Part shown: positions 40,497 through 52,817 of the stretch, piece by piece | How positions within the stretch are numbered: position 1 is the stretch's first letter | How the letters are laid out: each line of letters starts with the position of its first letter | Assembly: GCA_964187785.1 (NCBI GenBank) | Contig: OZ076409.1 | Span: 10,046,001-10,110,000 of the forward strand | Length of the DNA stretch: 64,000 nucleotides | Direction: 5' to 3' | Source of the DNA: Amphiscolops sp. MND2022 | Taxonomy: Eukaryota | Notes under the pieces: model-generated | Database searches by the model: none | Told to the model about the DNA's origin: nothing | Seen by the model: the letters and a program-made list of their open reading frames with translations, nothing else | Translations under genes and position numbers: made by a program

Positions 40497-41089
40497 ACTC
40501 TAACTATTTTGTACTCTCTTTTCGAAGACAATTCTTCATCTGCACTAAATTGGCAGGTATTAATAAATGAGCATCAATGACACAATACAACCATGAAATA
40601 AAAGCCGACTAATTAATATACATTGTCTGAAACCTCTACAGGGTGTATACAATTTCTGTGTTTAAGATAACTGTGTCTCCTTGATGTATTATAGGCCTGA
40701 ATGTATTCTACTAAAGCCTCTTGGATTAGGATTACTGTTTCCATTATGTATTTATTATAGGCCTACATGCTATTATTACTACATGTATGCTACTTTTGTC
40801 TCTGGGGTTAGGATTATGTATAATAAGTCTACATGCTATTAATACTACATGTATACAACTATTGTCTCTGAGATTAAAATTACTGTCTCAATTATGTATT
40901 AAAGGCCTACATGCTACTAAAACTACATGTACTCTACTATTTTCTCTGGGATTAGGATAAATGATCTTGATTCTAAACTTGATTTATTATTTGATGCTAG
41001 CAGTATTAATAATAATACAAATACACACATGATTATACACACATGAACATATATTCTTTATGTTTATAATGTTTATAAGAAACCCTCAT

Positions 41090-43462
41090 TTATAAGAAAC
41101 CCTCATTGTGTTTAGAGTTGATATTGAGGATTTCCCGATATTTTTCTTCATTCCGGAAGCGTCCTTCGCAAGAGTTTATTTGAACCTTGATGGTTCGGAA
41201 GAGAAAGTCTTGCGTCTCAGAGAATCGGATTGCTCTGATGAGGGTGTCCAGCGACTCTTCTCCGTCTCCTGGCAAGATGTCCCACCGCTCTCCAAAGAGT
41301 GAGTCCCACGAGCGATGGCAGCCGCGCAGTCCAGTTTCAATATGAGCAGCAAATCTGACCTAAACAATAACATGAACTCAAAAAACGATCATCTTGAATT
41401 GTTTCATTACTCCTAGTTAGCAAATAATTAATGCTTTTCTTAATTGACCAATTTTGTTTTCACTTTGAGTCCAGTTTCAATATGAGCAGCAAATCTGAAC
41501 TAAACAATAACATGAACTCAAAAAACGATCATCTTGAATTGTTTCAATGCTCTTAGTTAACAATTACTTAATGATTTTCTTAATTGACCAATTTTATTCT
41601 GAAATACGTACATTATCCCGAGCTGAATCTGCTTCGAATCCAACACATCGCCTGGTGAAAGGTGTTGCGGGGCACACATTGAAACTCGCAGAATGTTTTC
41701 TTCGACAAAGACCTATGGCCCGCTTGATGGCAGAAAATACTGCATATGCTCGATCAATGGGGCAAACCATGCTGTCTAGACTCACGGGGTCCAATGCTGT
41801 GTAATTTTCTTCCGGGAGCCTTACTGAAGACGCTGGAACTCTGCTAGTGAAGTCCGCACTTTCATCCCATGTCAAACTGACAAATGCTTTCTTCCTTGAA
41901 ATGACGTACTCCAGCATTTCAATAGTGCATAGGTATCCTCCTCTGTCCAAAGCCTTCTTGCCTTTAACAAGAATGCCGTTTGTGCACGGAGCGCAAGTCA
42001 ATGGCACGCTTGTCCTGGTGTCTCCGTCCGGAAGCACGGGGATTAAATTGATCATGTCAATTTCTAAGGGCTTTTCCTTCTGAGAGCGGGGCTTTTTTGG
42101 AGCCGGCGGACGAGGAATCGAGTCGTCATCGTCGTCAACAACGTCTTCTCCTTTCGGGACGATGGCACTAACTTGCTGGACTGGGTTCCGTAGTACGGTG
42201 TACGAAACGTATCGAGGCATTTCGTCTTCTACGGAAACCATCATCTGTTGTAGGAACGGATCATTAAGCAGTATTCGTCCATGCTTCACAACTGCAACGT
42301 CTTCCGATTCGTCTAAGAAGTCTACCTAAATAAATAAAGGAATAAATCTAAATGCAGAGATCATTTCAAAAATGCCTAATTGCAGTGTATACAAATTTTA
42401 CATGGAATAAATCCTACTTAGCGCAGAAATAAAAATTAGACCTGATAAATAACACTTCTCCTATTTCCAGAGGTGTACAATTTTACATGGACTAAGTCCT
42501 AATAGGTATCCCGAATACTCTTCTCCTAATCCCAGAGAAATACAATCAAACAATGTACATGTCACATTACGGTGCCATGCATAACCCAACACTTTTTGAA
42601 AAGAACGGAGTCGACTACTCACAGCATTTTGTACCTACATGACCTGGAATCCGCTGTTTTAAATAAATCCGATTAAATAAATCCGCTGTTTAAACATGGA
42701 ATAAATCCTATTTAGCGCAGAAATAAAAATTAGACCTGATAAATAACACTTCTCCTATTTCCAGAGGTGTACAATTTTACATGGACTAAGTCCTAATAGG
42801 TATCCCGAATACTCTTCTCCTAATCCCAGAGAAATACAATCAAACAATGTACATGTCACATTACGGTGCCATGCATAACCCAACACTTTTTGAAAAGAAC
42901 GGAGTCGACTACTCACAGCATTTTGTACCTACATGACCTGGAATCCGCTGTTTTAAATGACGGATTTCAAAGACACACTTTATAACAAGTGCAGCGGAAT
43001 CCCGGACAAATCTCTTTACATTAGGTTTTTAGTGGATTCCGGATGCAAATCCTATTATATTAGACAGCAGCGGATTCCGCAGTCGCTATTTTTAACCGCA
43101 CTGATTTTCAAAAAATAAAAATTATTTGGACTGACACTCACCTCATCGTCATGAACACAATGTTTGGGGTTGTACTCGAGTTGTACTGCCCTTGGTGTTT
43201 GTCGTCTGTCCTCTCTGGAAAGTATGGAGGAATGTGTCTTTTCTATAACTTTTCGAAGGTTCCATAACGACTGATCTGTTCGCTTTTCCTCTGGTACCTC
43301 AATAGTTTCTGAAGGATAGATTGAAGTGTAGCCCATCCATTTTATTTTAACAGACCAGTCGCTAACGATGCCAATAATTTTAGCCTTTGTCCACCTAGAT
43401 ATACTCTCGTCAATAGCATGAACAATTTCGTTTGGACGAAAAATTTCCGCGGGCGTAGACAT
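41090..43462 (-). CDS. Three-exon gene (~434 aa) with an N-terminal Tudor/chromo-barrel-like domain
   Basis: Exons 43462-43142, 42325-41612 and 41359-41090 join in frame at GT-AG sites. The N-terminal EIVHAIDESISRWTKAKIIGIVSDWSVKIKWMGY fits a Tudor-like barrel; the C-terminus is unassigned. Confidence 0.7.
42401..42957. repeat. 294-bp tandem duplication in intron 1 of the Tudor-like gene
   Basis: Units start at 42401 and 42695 and are nearly identical. Confidence 0.9.
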
Positions 43463-43764
43463 ACTGGTAAATAATATTCAGGTAAGGAAGGTAAACAGGT
43501 AGAGTAACTCGACAACTGTATAATGATAACAACGACTGACTATCAGTAAAACTTTTAGTAAAAGCGAGGTGCTTAATTGACACCTGTCTATCGATTAGAG
43601 ACGCATTATTACACCCTTTGGAAAGCGTCACATCATTTCGAAAAGCGTCCAGTTATTTGAAAAAGCGTCAAATAACACTTTAACGTGGTAATTGAGTTGA
43701 GGTGCGAACTTCTGATGTGATATTAACCTCTCCATTCTTATTTTAATTTTCATCTTCATCTCCA

Positions 43765-46624
43765 ATGGCAGGAGCAAGTTACATACAAAGTTTATGGGAT
43801 CAACACTTGTTGATTGTCGAATGCAATAGGCAGTTTATCAACAGCGACATTCTAGAGAAGATATATCTTGCGGAAATAAATTCCAAGAACAGGTATCGTA
43901 ATATGCTTACAGCTGTGAAACAAATTGTTACTGGTACTTCGCTGGATCGAGATCCAGAAGCTTTGGTCAGAAGAGTCAAAACCAAAAAAGGAGGACGTGA
44001 AGCAGTCTACGTAGCTGCAAAAATAATGAAACTTATCATAGTTTGCGGATTGAGAGATCACACATGGAACCAAGTCAGGAAAGACTTTGTCTCCTTTTTT
44101 TTCTCCCGAGAGCTTATTCCTGATGTTGACCCTTACAATGTGTCTTTCCCAAACAACGTCCCCATCAATGCGTCTGTACCAAACAACGTCCCCATCAATG
44201 GTTCTGTACCAAACAACGTCCACATCATTGCGTCTGTACCAAACAACGTCCCCATCAATGGTTCTGTACCAAACAACGTCCACATCAATGCGTCTGTACC
44301 AAACAACGTCACCTTCAATGCTCCTGCCACTAGCAACTCGTGTACTGTATGTCTGCATAGTATGCCTGTTTCATCTGGCACATCTGGCAGATCCATCAAA
44401 CGGACTAACCTAATTAAGAGCAGACCGAAACTTTCATTACGTAAAAATGCTCAGGATGTGTGTAAAGCCGGGGAAAAGTTGAACTTGAAGAGCTTTTGGA
44501 GACAAGTCATTTGGTGCATCAGGTACAAAGGGATTAGTATTCGTGGGTTGACTGAAGCAGCACACAGAGAAGCTGAACAAAGGAAGAGGCGTAATGGAGC
44601 ATCCAAGAAGCAAAAGAACATCATAGGGGGGCTTATTGCTGGCTTGTTCAAGGACAGGGGTAACTGTTCTGACTTTCGCGACGCATTGGCAATTCATACG
44701 AAGACTGGTAACGTAAATGACGTAATCAACCTGATTCGTTCTCGATTGTCAGTTCCTGGCCTGGGCTTCAACTTGGTACCCTCAATTCGTACGGTTGTCA
44801 CGTCCAATGCCAAATTCACCCAACATTTCATTAAACTCTGTAATCCGGAGAGAACCTTTAGTGGATTCCGAGTGGATGTTGTTCGATGTGTCAAACTTGC
44901 TGCATACGCAATCCTTCAAACTACAAACATCTCGGGACTAAAAGTTGATATCTGGGGAGATGGTGCCGCAATTGGAGGAACAGAAGTAACAAGGCTGGCG
45001 TTCAGATTGATCTGTGAGGAAATAAGTGTGCAATCATCTGACAGTGTCTTCTGTTTTGCTGCGTACCGAGGCAAGGACAGCAGGTTTGCTTTAGAGCAAA
45101 ACGTGGGATACGAAAAAGTTGGGGACCAAACATCCGGGTGGCTGTTCAAGCAGACTGTTGCGTTGAGAGAACTCGGCGTCAAATTGACTTATAGCGGAGA
45201 CAACCCGTTCCTACTCAGGTGAGCAACATTTGATGCATGGTTGCAGCCTGATTCATGAAATCTGGATTTGAGAGAGATTCTTTCTGTTTATTCTCCTGCT
45301 GTTATGTCTTTGTAATGTTTTTGCTGTAATGTAATTTGAGAACTTCCTGAGCCTACAAGATCTCCAATTTTTTCTTACATTTAGGTTAATTCTTGGAATC
45401 TCAAACGATCGCAGCTCAGATTTCCCGTCACTCATGCCACTGTTTCTGGGATCAGACGACACGTTTCTACCTACAACAGTCGATCCAAAATCTGGATACC
45501 GAAGCAATGTTCCAGTTCCTTTCCGCACTGACCTACCTGCGACGTCTCTCGTAAGCTACGACGACATACGATGCGTTTGCCCTGATGTAACGCATATGAT
45601 AACAAGATGTGTCGAGAATGACCTGAAAAAAATTGCACAGAAGCTTGTTGATGACAAGCATCCCAAAGAGAAAGAGTCACTTGCGCGTTTGGAAGAAAAT
45701 TTGACCAAACGAGATGTGAAAAAACCGCACTTTCAGTTCGATACGACTACCAAATCTGGACAGAAGGTGAAGACTGTCGGTGCGGTGTCACTTTCTGGGT
45801 CGGGAGCACTTACAGCAATTGCCGACAAAAAAGAGTTTGCTGATATGATTCCGGACATGACAAACTTATTCGAAGGTGTATGGAAAGACGAAGAAATATT
45901 AATTGGAAGCAATGACAATGAAAACTCCGTCAAGGTGCTGAAACAGATGTACCCGTCATTGTTTTCGAAACCAAATCCCACGAAGAAGAATGAAAACTAT
46001 GGGTATATTTCTATTTCAGATGCAGCTGAGCTGTTGAGGGAAAGCCTCAACATGTGCACTATTCTTTTGCGCAGTTCACGGACCGGTCTTGACATTACAA
46101 GTTTCACCAAGTGGTCAGAGACGTATTATCAAGTCTCAATTTTACTTTTTGGCAAAGATAAAGGACTTACGCCTTACAAGCTGAAGATGCTACTTTATCC
46201 ACAACTAATTGAAAGCGGACATATTATAACTCCTTGGAATCATATGTGCGAGGGTTTGGAGAAGTCTAACCATAATGCAAACAAAGCATTCCAGAGCAAG
46301 ACGATGAGAGGCGGAGGAAAGCAGTCAACCCAGGACCCCCTTTTTTTCGAGCTTCAATTTTCCTTGCTGAAGCTATTCAGGAAACAATCCCTTAAAGCAA
46401 AACAAGTTTCAATTAACGATTTCCTATCGAAAGCCCGAGGAATTGTTGGCATCGCCAATCAAGCTGACGAAGAATCGAAGACTTACAATGATATTTGCCT
46501 GCAGCCTGTTTCGTGCGCTTCGATTGCTGTCGGTGAGACACGGAACAAGAAAAACCGATTTTTGGGATTGTACTTTTTTGTAGTGGGTAACTTTGGTTCA
46601 AAGAAAAATGAAGATGTCCGATAA
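43765..46624 (+). CDS. RAG1/Transib-related DDE transposase (~897 aa spliced)
   Basis: A GT-AG intron at 45219-45384 joins the two ORFs in frame. Ordered motifs KVDIWGDG, TYSGDNPFL, CPDVTH..R, SLSG, LTPY and EGLEKSN parallel RAG1 D600, D708, DALH and E962. Confidence 0.75.
44149..44322 (+). repeat. In-frame 30-bp minisatellite (~6 copies; PNNVPINASV)
   Basis: CCAAACAACGTC recurs every 30 bp from 44149 to 44299. Confidence 0.95.
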
Positions 46625-47115
46625 CAGAGATGGGCGGAACAGTTTGCACCAAAGCAAGTGCTGAAACATTGTTATTTTCGCACTCAACTTGTCCAAACTG
46701 CTTTGTTGTTATGAAGGACGAAAAAGAATTGAGGAAGTCGACGGATACTCTCAAAGAATCAACGAACGATAAAGAGTTGATGGACGTGCCAAAGAAGTCT
46801 GTATCGGAAAATGCGGCAACTCCAACAGGACTTCTATGTCGCAAATTTGCTGGAGGAGATTGGAAATTCATTCACTTTTCGTTTGTTTTTGATTCGTTAG
46901 AATCAGATCGCATCCTGGATCCGAAAAAGTACGAAATTTTACCCGGACCAAACGTCAAGAAATTGCAAGTTAAAGATGTTCGCCCTTTGTTAGCGAGGCA
47001 GTGCAGTGAACAAGGTCAAAAAGTTTCTGCTATCTCAGCCCTGAAGAGCCACAGAAACAAAAGAAAGATCGAAGAGGAAAAAGCAGCGGATACTGAGGAA
47101 ACATTATCAACATGA
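46556..47115 (+). pseudogene. BRCT-like C-terminal domain of the transposase, split by a frameshift at ~46620
   Basis: FLGLYFFVVGNF (first frame), then ITEMGGTV...WKFIHFSFVFDSLESDRILDPKKYEI (shifted frame), matches the BRCT pattern; basic NLS-like tail. Confidence 0.65.
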
Positions 47116-47324
47116 ACCTAATTTCGTATGTTTCTTTTTGTTAGTTGTGTATATGTTCGTTTTCACAACATTTTTGTATATTTTGTTCTGTTCAATTGAG
47201 TTGTTCACGTACAAACTTATGTCGTTCTTCTTGAAAAGTTGTTGAGGGCAAAATCATGGTTTTTCTGAGTATTTGATATGGGAGAGGTCGGTTTTTGCTA
47301 GTCGGAAAAAATTGGAGCATTAAA

Positions 47325-47720
47325 CAGTGAATTCCGCTGTTAGCGAGTGTTGCGCTTCACAATTATTGTCTTCCAAAATCGCAGTGCGGAATTTAGGGAC
47401 CTATGTTAATACATGTACAGCGGAATCCGCAGGCGAATGTTAATACATTGCGATTTCGGTTTCCTGTACCATACCTCAAGAAAATATCCAAATAGGCTTA
47501 GTAGCATAAAACAGTGGATTCCGTGGTTAGCGAAAGTGTTGCGCCTCATAACAGCGGAACCCGCTGTTTTGTATTACAGATTGATGCCTTCCAAAAACGC
47601 TGTGCGGAATTTAAGGACAGATAGTAATACATGCACAGCGGAATCCGCAGACGAATGCTAATACATTGCGATTTCGATTTCCTGTACCATACCTTAGGAA
47701 AATATCCAAATCTACGTAGC
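47325..47720 (+). repeat. ~218-bp GCGGAATCCGC-containing unit, ~2 copies
   Basis: Reverse complement of the array at 51655-52225. Confidence 0.9.
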
Positions 47721-48299
47721 AGCTTGAAATCTGCCTAAAAGCTGAGAAATTCATAAAATTATACTAATATCATCAATTCTCTATCTAATGTATGTTCAAT
47801 AAAAAGCAGTAAAATTAAAAATTTGAAAAATTATTGAAAAGTTCTCATCAGGATCTTCTTTGATGGGAAGTCCCGGGGGACCCCGAAGGCACTGGGATGT
47901 CACAGGAAAGCCAGCTAGACATCTGTTCGAATGTAACTCCAAACTAGAAACAAAATTCCTCCATAATGAATAGAAACACATATTTTGTTTCACCGACAAG
48001 CAACAGGCAAAAAACAAAAAACTTCTAGTCAGGCAAAGTCAAAAAGTATTATGAAAGTTTGCATGAGAATTGCATACTTTCTGGCAAACGGTGTCAATGG
48101 AAATTTCGACAGTCTGACATTTCGTCTTCTGCACAATTAATGCAGATGTAACTCCATACTAGAAACAAAATTCCTCCGTAATAAATAGAAACAAATATTT
48201 TGTTTCACCGACAAGCAAAAGGCAAAAAAAAAAAACAAAATGCAAAAAACTTCTAGCTAGACAAAGTCAAAAAGTATTATGAAAGTTTGCATGAAAATT

Positions 48300-51031
48300 A
48301 CATACTTTCTGGCAAACTGTGGCAATGGAATTTTCAACAGTGTGGCAATTCGTCTTCTGCACTATCATAGCAGCGTTGAACAGCTGTTGCTTTTCAAGCT
48401 TGCCCACGCATGCAGACGAACTAAAATACAACAACCTCTGTGTTTAGGAATATGATTGTTTCATAATTATTTCAAACAGACTATATACAAAACGACATGT
48501 ATCATGAAAAGTGATTTTATAACTAAAAAAATAATAATGTACCTCATCAAACTCGCAATGTGCGTGAACAAAAGTCGGGGAAAGTGGGGATAGCATTGAT
48601 CGTAGGGGTCATGCCGGTACCGCTCTTCAGAAAACTCTTCTGCAGCTTTCTTCACGTGCAGGCGGTGAATGAAGTTGACTCCCAGAGCAACTGACATGCC
48701 GAAAGTCTCCACCGCGTGGATCATCTTCGCAGGAAGAATCAGCGCCTGTCCCTCGAAGAGAGTGACTTTTGCGCAGCCGCCCATGTCAAGCTCTTCATGG
48801 GTGCCAAAAAAGAGGTCTCTTCTAAACAATCAATAACAGTAATAAATTTGTCCCGGTTATCAGTCTTACATGCATAACAGAGAGAAAAGCACTGTGTAGT
48901 GTAAGTATAAACAATTTTACTTGCCTGGGGAGATTCTTGAACGCCTTGAACAAGTCAACGTTTCTGGCAGTGGGCCTCACGACATGAAAAACTTTAACTC
49001 CTGTAACAATAGTCCGTCAACCACCAAACACTTGACTTATTTAAAAAAACACGATTTTCATTTTACTTGTACTAAAACCTGTTACCAACCTTTGGCCAGA
49101 TAATACAAGACACTTGTGGATGAAAAATCCTGGTGGAACCTCGTGATTGCGCCATTTTGTGAAATCAGCAAATAATTCGATTCACGCACTGGACGCAATT
49201 CTTCAGGTGTCTGTTCCCAGTTCATGTGCCCAAGGGAAACCTCGTCTAGAAAACTAGGCTTCTTGAAAGAGGCTCCTGGGCACTTGTTTGCCTCGGCATC
49301 GATGACGTTGAAGAATTTGGGGGGGTCACTCTCCATCATCTCGGTAACTCTGTTACCTGGCACAACTTTCTTCCCTTCCTAAATAATAAATATCAGGTCA
49401 GGTACATGTATTCTCAAATTTATAATAGAGAACAAAATTGTTGTTTGTATCTCTTTTAGCAGTTCCATTGACTCTCCTAACCTCGAACTTCGTCGTCAAA
49501 TAACGAAGTGTTACGGGGTTGCCAGTGTAATTCTGCATCATTTGTTGAACAGACGACATTCGGCACATCTTCTCTCTGGTTAGTTTCGTGTTGAAGCCGG
49601 GGATGGCCAAACCGTCACGGATGACGAAGACATATTCCCCGTCCAAAAAAGCAGGGTCTGACAGCAGTTCTGGTGTGACTTCTCCTGCTGTTATGTCACG
49701 CCGCATCGAGGTAGCATTTGGAATCTAAATTTACTCCATGTTACATTACACAGAAGTCAAAACCTTATTTGTCAATCCAGAGATTTATATCTAGAGAAAA
49801 GACCTAATTCTTAAAACCAGAGATTTAAGTCTAAAGAAGATATCTTATTCGTGAATCCAGAGACTCAAAACCGATTAGATCTAGAGTCCGGAGAAGAGAT
49901 TGCATTCTAAGATCCTGAGAAGAGATCTCATTCTTAAATCCAGAGAAGTTCTTACTTGACTCATAAGGTCACGTAGTTCCCAGATGCTAGCGAACGATTT
50001 CATGAGGTTCGTGTTCGTCATGTTCATCCTTCGCATGGTAAGCGTACATCTGGTCAGGTTTGGAAGTGTCGCTGGCATTCGAGATACACTCTTGTGCAAA
50101 CGTCGTCGTTTCTGTTGCCACTTTTCCTAAAGCATTATCGGTTTTAGAAGTTTAAATCCCTCCAAACCATTATGCTTTTGAAACTAGAAATCCATAAAAA
50201 TTACACATCCCAAAAATATTACATGAAACATGAAACAGTCATTCAAAAAAATACATACACATTTGGGCTCTTCAACTTGAATGTGGTTGACTTCTGCAAT
50301 CTTGAAGGCTTCCAAAGCTACCATGGAAGCGATTGCCTCTTCTTCTCGCTTGTCCTCCAGAAGAACAACAGACTCTTCCACAATAACTTCTTCTGCCTCT
50401 GTTGCAAAATGGAGGGTGGAAGAGGAGGAAACAGGCTCAGGCTCCACAGGACTGCTGATTTCCGGAACCTGTTCAAAAATAAATCATTTGAACTCAAAAA
50501 TGTGAATCATTCAAAATCAAACAGAACCTATGACTTAATTCTTATTCATGCCCATAAGCTACGTTTTTATTAAATTTATTTGTTTGATTTTGATTGAATT
50601 ACCTCCCACCAGGGTGGTGAAGTCGATGTCTCACTGGTTTCTCGGACTTGGACTTCTCGTTTAACCAACTTAGATGGTGGCGGTTGATTAAAGAACTTCC
50701 TCGTCCTCCCTTCTGCCGAGAAGGCCTTCTTGCAGCCCGGGTAGGTGTCTCTTACGAGAACAAAGTTTTCCAGTGTGGGCTCCAGTAATTTGGCCCGATC
50801 TTCCGCTGTTAGTTCATTTCGAGCATTCCAGCATCGGAGTGTCAGCACATGATCAGCAGTCTGCTGCACGTCCTTGAAGAAGGAGCCATCTGTAGGAGAG
50901 CCACAAAACATGCACTTCATTCTTGTGCTGCGCGTCTGCTCTCTCTTACCGCAACTCTGATTCATGTGCCGGGTTAGATTACCCTTATTTGAGAGGGTCA
51001 GTTGGCACGTGGGGCATTGAAATTGGGGCAT
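48300..51031 (-). CDS. C2H2 zinc finger + JmjC histone demethylase (KDM2/KDM7-like), >=8 exons; 3' end uncertain
   Basis: In-frame exons 51031-50603, 50468-50259, 50126-49956, 49724-49482, 49378-49090, 49000-48925, 48821-48543 and 48420-~48300. Motifs CPTC..NLTRH, TRFHQDFSSTSVLY, GVKVFHVVRPT, LILPAKMIHAVET and GVNF. Confidence 0.85.
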
Positions 51032-51654
51032 ATTTCCAGAGAGAACCTTCAAACAAAAAATTTTTAGGCCAAATACAATTTCCTACAATCAAGATCATAA
51101 TTGCAGAGGTTGGAAAATAAATACTTCAATAGCATTTGATCTTAGTTTTCAAGAGATTACAGATACTTTTCCTAAATCCAGAGGTAAGCATCAGTCATAC
51201 ATGCAATCATGACACAATGCACAAGTTAGTAGGCAGATGTTGCAATCGCAAATGTCCAACGGAAACTGTTACTGAAGCAACTTTACGTGATATTTACTTT
51301 ATTCGATTTGATCTCACTGCACCAACTGCGCCTGAGCATACTGTATTCTCGTTAGATGAAAGTTTCAAACTCTAAATGACATTTCTCTGGGTTTCGGAAT
51401 GAGCGACTGCTCCCAAGTACCCTGCGGCGACTCCCCAGCCACCTTGGAGGAACGGATCACAAAAGCTTCAGTAGACGAGTTTAGGCACTTTTATAGGCGC
51501 TTATAAGACAACTACAGACATATAGACACTGATAGAATCTTAAGAGATTCTACTTGACTTCTAGTTAATTAGGATTTCAACCTGGGAAATTTGAGATTAC
51601 TGGTCCCGAAATGCATTTTCAAGAGAGGGTTCAAAAAAATAAAATTCCTAAACA

Positions 51655-52225
51655 CAGTTTCATGCTACTGAGCAGATTTGGATATTTTCTTGAGGTCTGG
51701 TACATGAAATGGAAATCGCAATGTATTAACATTTGCCTGCGGATTCCGCTGTACATGTATTAACATAGGTCCCGAAATTCCGCACTGCGATTTTGGAAGG
51801 CATCAACCTGGAATACAAAACAGCGGGTTCCGCTGTTATGAGGCGCATCACTCTCGCTAACCACGGAATCCACTGTTTTATGCTACTAAGCATATTTGGA
51901 TATTTTCTTGAGGTATGGTACACGAAATCGAAATCGCAATGTATTAACATTCGCCTGCGGATTCCGCTGTATATGTATTAACATAGGTCCCTAAATTCCG
52001 CACTGCGATTTTGGAAGGCATCAATCTGGAATACAAAACAGCGGGTTCCGCTGTTATGAGGCGCATCCCTCTCGCTAACCACGGAGTCCACTGTTTTATG
52101 CTACTAAGCATTTTTGAACATTTTCTTCAGGTATTGTACAGGAAACTTAAATGGCAATGTATTAACATTTGTCTGAGGATTCCGCTGTACATGTAATAAA
52201 ATTTGTCCTTAAATTCCGCACTGTT
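51655..52225 (-). repeat. ~218-bp unit, ~2.5 copies, inverted relative to 47325-47720
   Basis: GCAATGTATTAACATT recurs at ~51718, ~51936 and ~52155. Confidence 0.9.
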
Positions 52226-52817
52226 TCTTTGGGAGGCAATAATATGGAGTATAAAACATTTTGTTGTTATGAGGAAAAAATCGTTTGGTGCTCAATGTTG
52301 TTCTAGATTGTGTAACATAGATTGTATTTCATTGTTATAGATAGGGTTTTATTCATATGAGTGTCATTCGGCCAATCCAAGATACATGTGTTTCACGCAT
52401 TCATCTTTCAAGTCCTGATGAAAACTTGTCGGGCATTCTTTCGGGCCAAAGAACGAACAATGAGAAAAAGTGCTGATGACTCAAGTCAAATGATATATGA
52501 GGTGTGGTTTTAACACTTCCAAATGATTAAGAACCGCATCAGGCGCTGCCAAAAATTATAATAGAAATAATTATAAAATTATAATCATTATAATTATATA
52601 ATTACAGTTATTTTCATTGGCAGCGTCTGATGAGGCTTTTTTTACTTTGTCAAAGTGGAAGTGCTAAATTACTATGGTAGCAATCAGCAGTTAAGTAATT
52701 AGCAGTTTCAGTAGTATTATAATACTATTCATAATACTATTCATAATATAATTTTGATCTACTAGGAATCAGTCAATTTGAATTGTACATCGTTCTATTT
52801 CTCGAAAAAAACCTACA

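Noticed and set aside
43765..47115. Naming the gene RAG1 or a ProtoRAG
   Set aside because: No RING, nonamer-binding domain, RAG2-like kelch gene or RSS-like TIRs were seen; only the core motifs are shared.
47413..47661. Repeated short ORFs (also 51726-52196) as a peptide family
   Set aside because: They are translations of the ~218-bp non-coding repeat.
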